Source: a candidate division FCPU426 bacterium (GTDB lineage: Bacteria > Oederibacteriota > Muellerivitia > Muellerivitales > Muellerivitaceae). From it: a stretch of DNA of 64,000 bases. The stretch spans positions 64,001-128,000 of the forward strand of contig CAWKAR010000026.1 in the NCBI GenBank assembly GCA_963847625.1, written 5' to 3'. Position numbers and translations under genes: made by a program. Shown here in pieces: positions 61,378-64,000 of the stretch. The notes below the pieces were generated by a model. That model made no database searches. It was not told the origin of the DNA and saw only the letters and a program-made list of their open reading frames with translations. How positions within the stretch are numbered: the first letter of the stretch is position 1; every line of letters starts with the position of its first letter.

Positions 61378-62027
61378 TTTTTACTCCGGATACACGCAAC
61401 GAAATATTGATAATAATGTACCTCTCTTTTCACGATATTGGTATAGAACACCTAACAAATTTGTGTCCCGGTGACGTTGGCAGGGATATAAGGGTCTGTA
61501 AACCCAGCGATATTTTTGTTTTATCGTTTCAACAGTATTTTCAGGTGGTTATTAAGTTTGCTTATAGGCCATTAACATTTAATGGAAATAGAACTACTAT
61601 TCGACACCCCGATTACAATAACCGTTCCTGATGATAAAAAATTGGGAGACTATACCTTCACGACACGTAAAGAAATTTTTTTTACCGCAGATAACGACCG
61701 ACGTGCTCCGCACGTGCCGATAACGGCTTATAGTTTAAGGCTTTCTCAAACTTATCGGCGTCCATGCCACTTCACTATTGAAAGGATTTCAAATGAAAGT
61801 GGTATTGTCCCGCAATCCATTAACTCCTTTATGGAGATGCGGGACATCGGATTTGATCGGCGGTTCCATGTCTTTTTGCTTTTACCGGCTGCAAAGGCCC
61901 CGGGTTTACCCGGAGGCCTAGCCGTGTACTTGGGCGGGATTCCATGCCCCGCCCAAGTGGCGACCCGAAGGGTCGTCCCTTGACTTGTTGTAAAGGGATA
62001 CTTACCAAAAATCGTGTCAAAAGGATC

Positions 62028-64000
62028 ATGAAAATGCGAACTTTCCGATATACGTTTTTAGCTGTCCTGCTTTTCGCTCCCGGTATTCTTGCCACGGCAG
62101 AAACCGCGCCCGACAAGGCGGAAAACCGGGTCGAATCCATCCTGAAGAAAATGACCCTCGAGGAGAAGATTGATTACGTCGGCGGGTTCAACTCCTTTTA
62201 TATCCGCGCGGTTCCCCGGCTTAAATTGCCCGCCTTGAAGATGTCCGACGGTCCGATTGGCGTGCGCAATTACGGGCCCTCCACTGCCTATGCCGCCGGG
62301 ATCGCCCTGGCGGCGTCCTGGGACACGGACCTGGCCGGGCGAGTGGGAGGAATGATCGGCCACGAGGCGCGCGCGCGCGGGGTGCATTTCATGCTGGGCC
62401 CCGGCGTGAACATCTACCGGGCCCCCATGTGCGGGCGCAATTTCGAGTACTTCGGCGAGGATCCTTTTCTCGCCTCCCGTATGGTCGTGGCTTACGTGAA
62501 GGGAATGCAGGAGCAGGGCGTGAGCGCCACGGTCAAGCACTTCATGGGCAACAACTCGGAATTCGACCGCCACAACACGAGTTCGGACATGGACGAGCGC
62601 ACGATGCGGGAGATCTACCTCCCCACCTTCGAGGCCGCCGTGAAGGAGGCGCGCGTGGGCGCGATCATGGACTCCTACAACCTGGTAAACGGCATCCACT
62701 CGACCCAGAACGATTTTCTCAACAACCAGTTGGTCAAGAAGGAATGGAATTTTGACGGCGTCATCATGTCGGATTGGGACGCGACCTACGACGGGGTGGC
62801 CGCGGCCAACGCCGGGCTGGACCTGGAAATGCCATCGGGCAAGTTCATGAACCGGGATACGCTGATTCCCGCGGTCAAGGAAGGCAAGGTTTCGGAGGCG
62901 ACCCTGAACGACAAGGTGAGGCGAATCCTGCGCACGGCGGTGCGTTTCGGGTGGCTCGACCGCGATCAAACCGACCACGGCTTTCCCCTCTTCAACGAAA
63001 AGGGGCGCAAGCTGGCGCTCGAAACGGCGCAATCCAGCATGGTGCTGTTGAAAAATCAGGCAAATTTACTGCCATTGGACAAGGAGAAGGTCAAAACGCT
63101 GGCGGTGATCGGCCCCGACGCCTACCCGGCCGTGCCGGTGGGCGGCGGAAGCGCGAAAGTGCAACCGTTCCAGTCGGTGAGCTACCTGGAGGGGTTGAGC
63201 CAGTACCTGTCCGGAAGCGCCGTGGTTTATTACAACCGGGGACTCATGCCGATGGGCGCGATTTACGATTTGACGGAATTCGCGGCCGATGCCAAGGACG
63301 ACCAATCGGGCCTCAAGGGCGAATACTTCAACAACCCCGAATTGAGCGGGGAGCCTGCCCTCACCCGCAACGATCCACATGTCAATTTCTCCTGGGATCG
63401 CCCGAACAACTGGCCCACCGGCAGCACCGCGCATGATTTCTCGGCCCGCTGGACGGGGTATTACTTCCCATCCACCGACGGTCCCTACCGCTTCGCGGTT
63501 TCCACCTATGGGCTGGATGAATACCGCCTCTACGTCAACGGCATGCTCCTGGAGGACCGCAAGGACCAGAAACAACCCATCTCGCTGAAAGAGATGGAAC
63601 TCAAGGCCGGCAAAAGTTATGCGTTGCGCCTGGAGTACATCCATCGCGACCACCATGCCAGGCTGAGTTTCGGCATCCGCCGGGCCGACCTATTCTTCGA
63701 TCCGGAGGCGAAGGAACTGGTGTCACGCGCGGACGCGGCGGTGGTCCTCGCCGGTTTCGACCCGAACATTGAGGGCGAAGGTTTCGACCGGACGTTCCAA
63801 CTGCCCGAGGGCCAGGACGCGCTCATCAATGCCGTTCTCGACGCTAACAAGAATACCGCGGTGGTGATCACGTCGGGGGGTGCCGTGGATATGACAAAGT
63901 GGGTCGACCGGGCACCCGCGGTCCTGGAGGCCTGGTACGCGGGCCAAGAGGGCGGCACGGCGCTGGCCCATATTCTTTTCGGGGACGTTAATCCTTCCGG
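62028..64000 (+). CDS. Secreted glycoside hydrolase family 3 beta-glucosidase with PA14 insert (runs off window end)
   Basis: Manual translation from ATG 62028 (AAGGA RBS): MTLEEKI, MSDGPIGVR, GRNFEYFGEDP, VKHF, IMSDW nucleophile, GLDLEMP, GLKGEYFNN/FSARW (PA14), EGEGFDR, WYAGQEGG. Confidence 0.93.
   Translation, partial: MKMRTFRYTFLAVLLFAPGILATAETAPDKAENRVESILKKMTLEEKIDYVGGFNSFYIRAVPRLKLPALKMSDGPIGVRNYGPSTAYAAGIALAASWDTDLAGRVGGMIGHEARARGVHFMLGPGVNIYRAPMCGRNFEYFGEDPFLASRMVVAYVKGMQEQGVSATVKHFMGNNSEFDRHNTSSDMDERTMREIYLPTFEAAVKEARVGAIMDSYNLVNGIHSTQNDFLNNQLVKKEWNFDGVIMSDWDATYDGVAAANAGLDLEMPSGKFMNRDTLIPAVKEGKVSEATLNDKVRRILRTAVRFGWLDRDQTDHGFPLFNEKGRKLALETAQSSMVLLKNQANLLPLDKEKVKTLAVIGPDAYPAVPVGGGSAKVQPFQSVSYLEGLSQYLSGSAVVYYNRGLMPMGAIYDLTEFAADAKDDQSGLKGEYFNNPELSGEPALTRNDPHVNFSWDRPNNWPTGSTAHDFSARWTGYYFPSTDGPYRFAVSTYGLDEYRLYVNGMLLEDRKDQKQPISLKEMELKAGKSYALRLEYIHRDHHARLSFGIRRADLFFDPEAKELVSRADAAVVLAGFDPNIEGEGFDRTFQLPEGQDALINAVLDANKNTAVVITSGGAVDMTKWVDRAPAVLEAWYAGQEGGTALAHILFGDVNPS

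Noticed and set aside
61582..61983. 133-aa ORF in the spacer before the GH3 gene
   Set aside because: It has no RBS or recognisable motif and runs through hairpin and promoter-like sequence.

Overview
This 64-kb window comes from a diderm bacterium with moderately high GC and is mostly housekeeping genes. It contains: the 5' end of a probable recG and rpmB; two distinct IS30-family elements flanking a Thr/Pro-rich lipoprotein; tsaC-ywlE-rpiB; a purine cluster (purB,S,Q,L,F,M,N,H,D) broken by two accessory inserts; a long minus-strand run prfB (programmed +1 frameshift)-lysS-lolC/E-lolD-mcsA-mcsB-clpC-tamB-bamA-surE-core MetE-like; pheT-zapB-like-zapA, separated from 6S RNA by glgP; rarA, 5-formyl-THF cyclo-ligase and ymdB; two TPR envelope proteins; hemL; a 1502-aa mucin-like surface protein with a T9SS-like C-terminal domain; and a truncated GH3/PA14 beta-glucosidase. 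The most unusual items are the mucin-like protein and its PT-rich relatives, a TamB with an extra C-terminal FN3-like domain, two paralogous ~78-aa small proteins in a cassette inside the pur cluster, a ZapA extended by 87-bp repeats, and the arginine-kinase/ClpC module embedded among outer-membrane biogenesis genes. All calls come from motif recognition by eye; no searches were run. The PT-repeat plus 'YPNP...FTIAFRKV' protein style suggests a candidate phylum such as FCPU426, but this is inference only.
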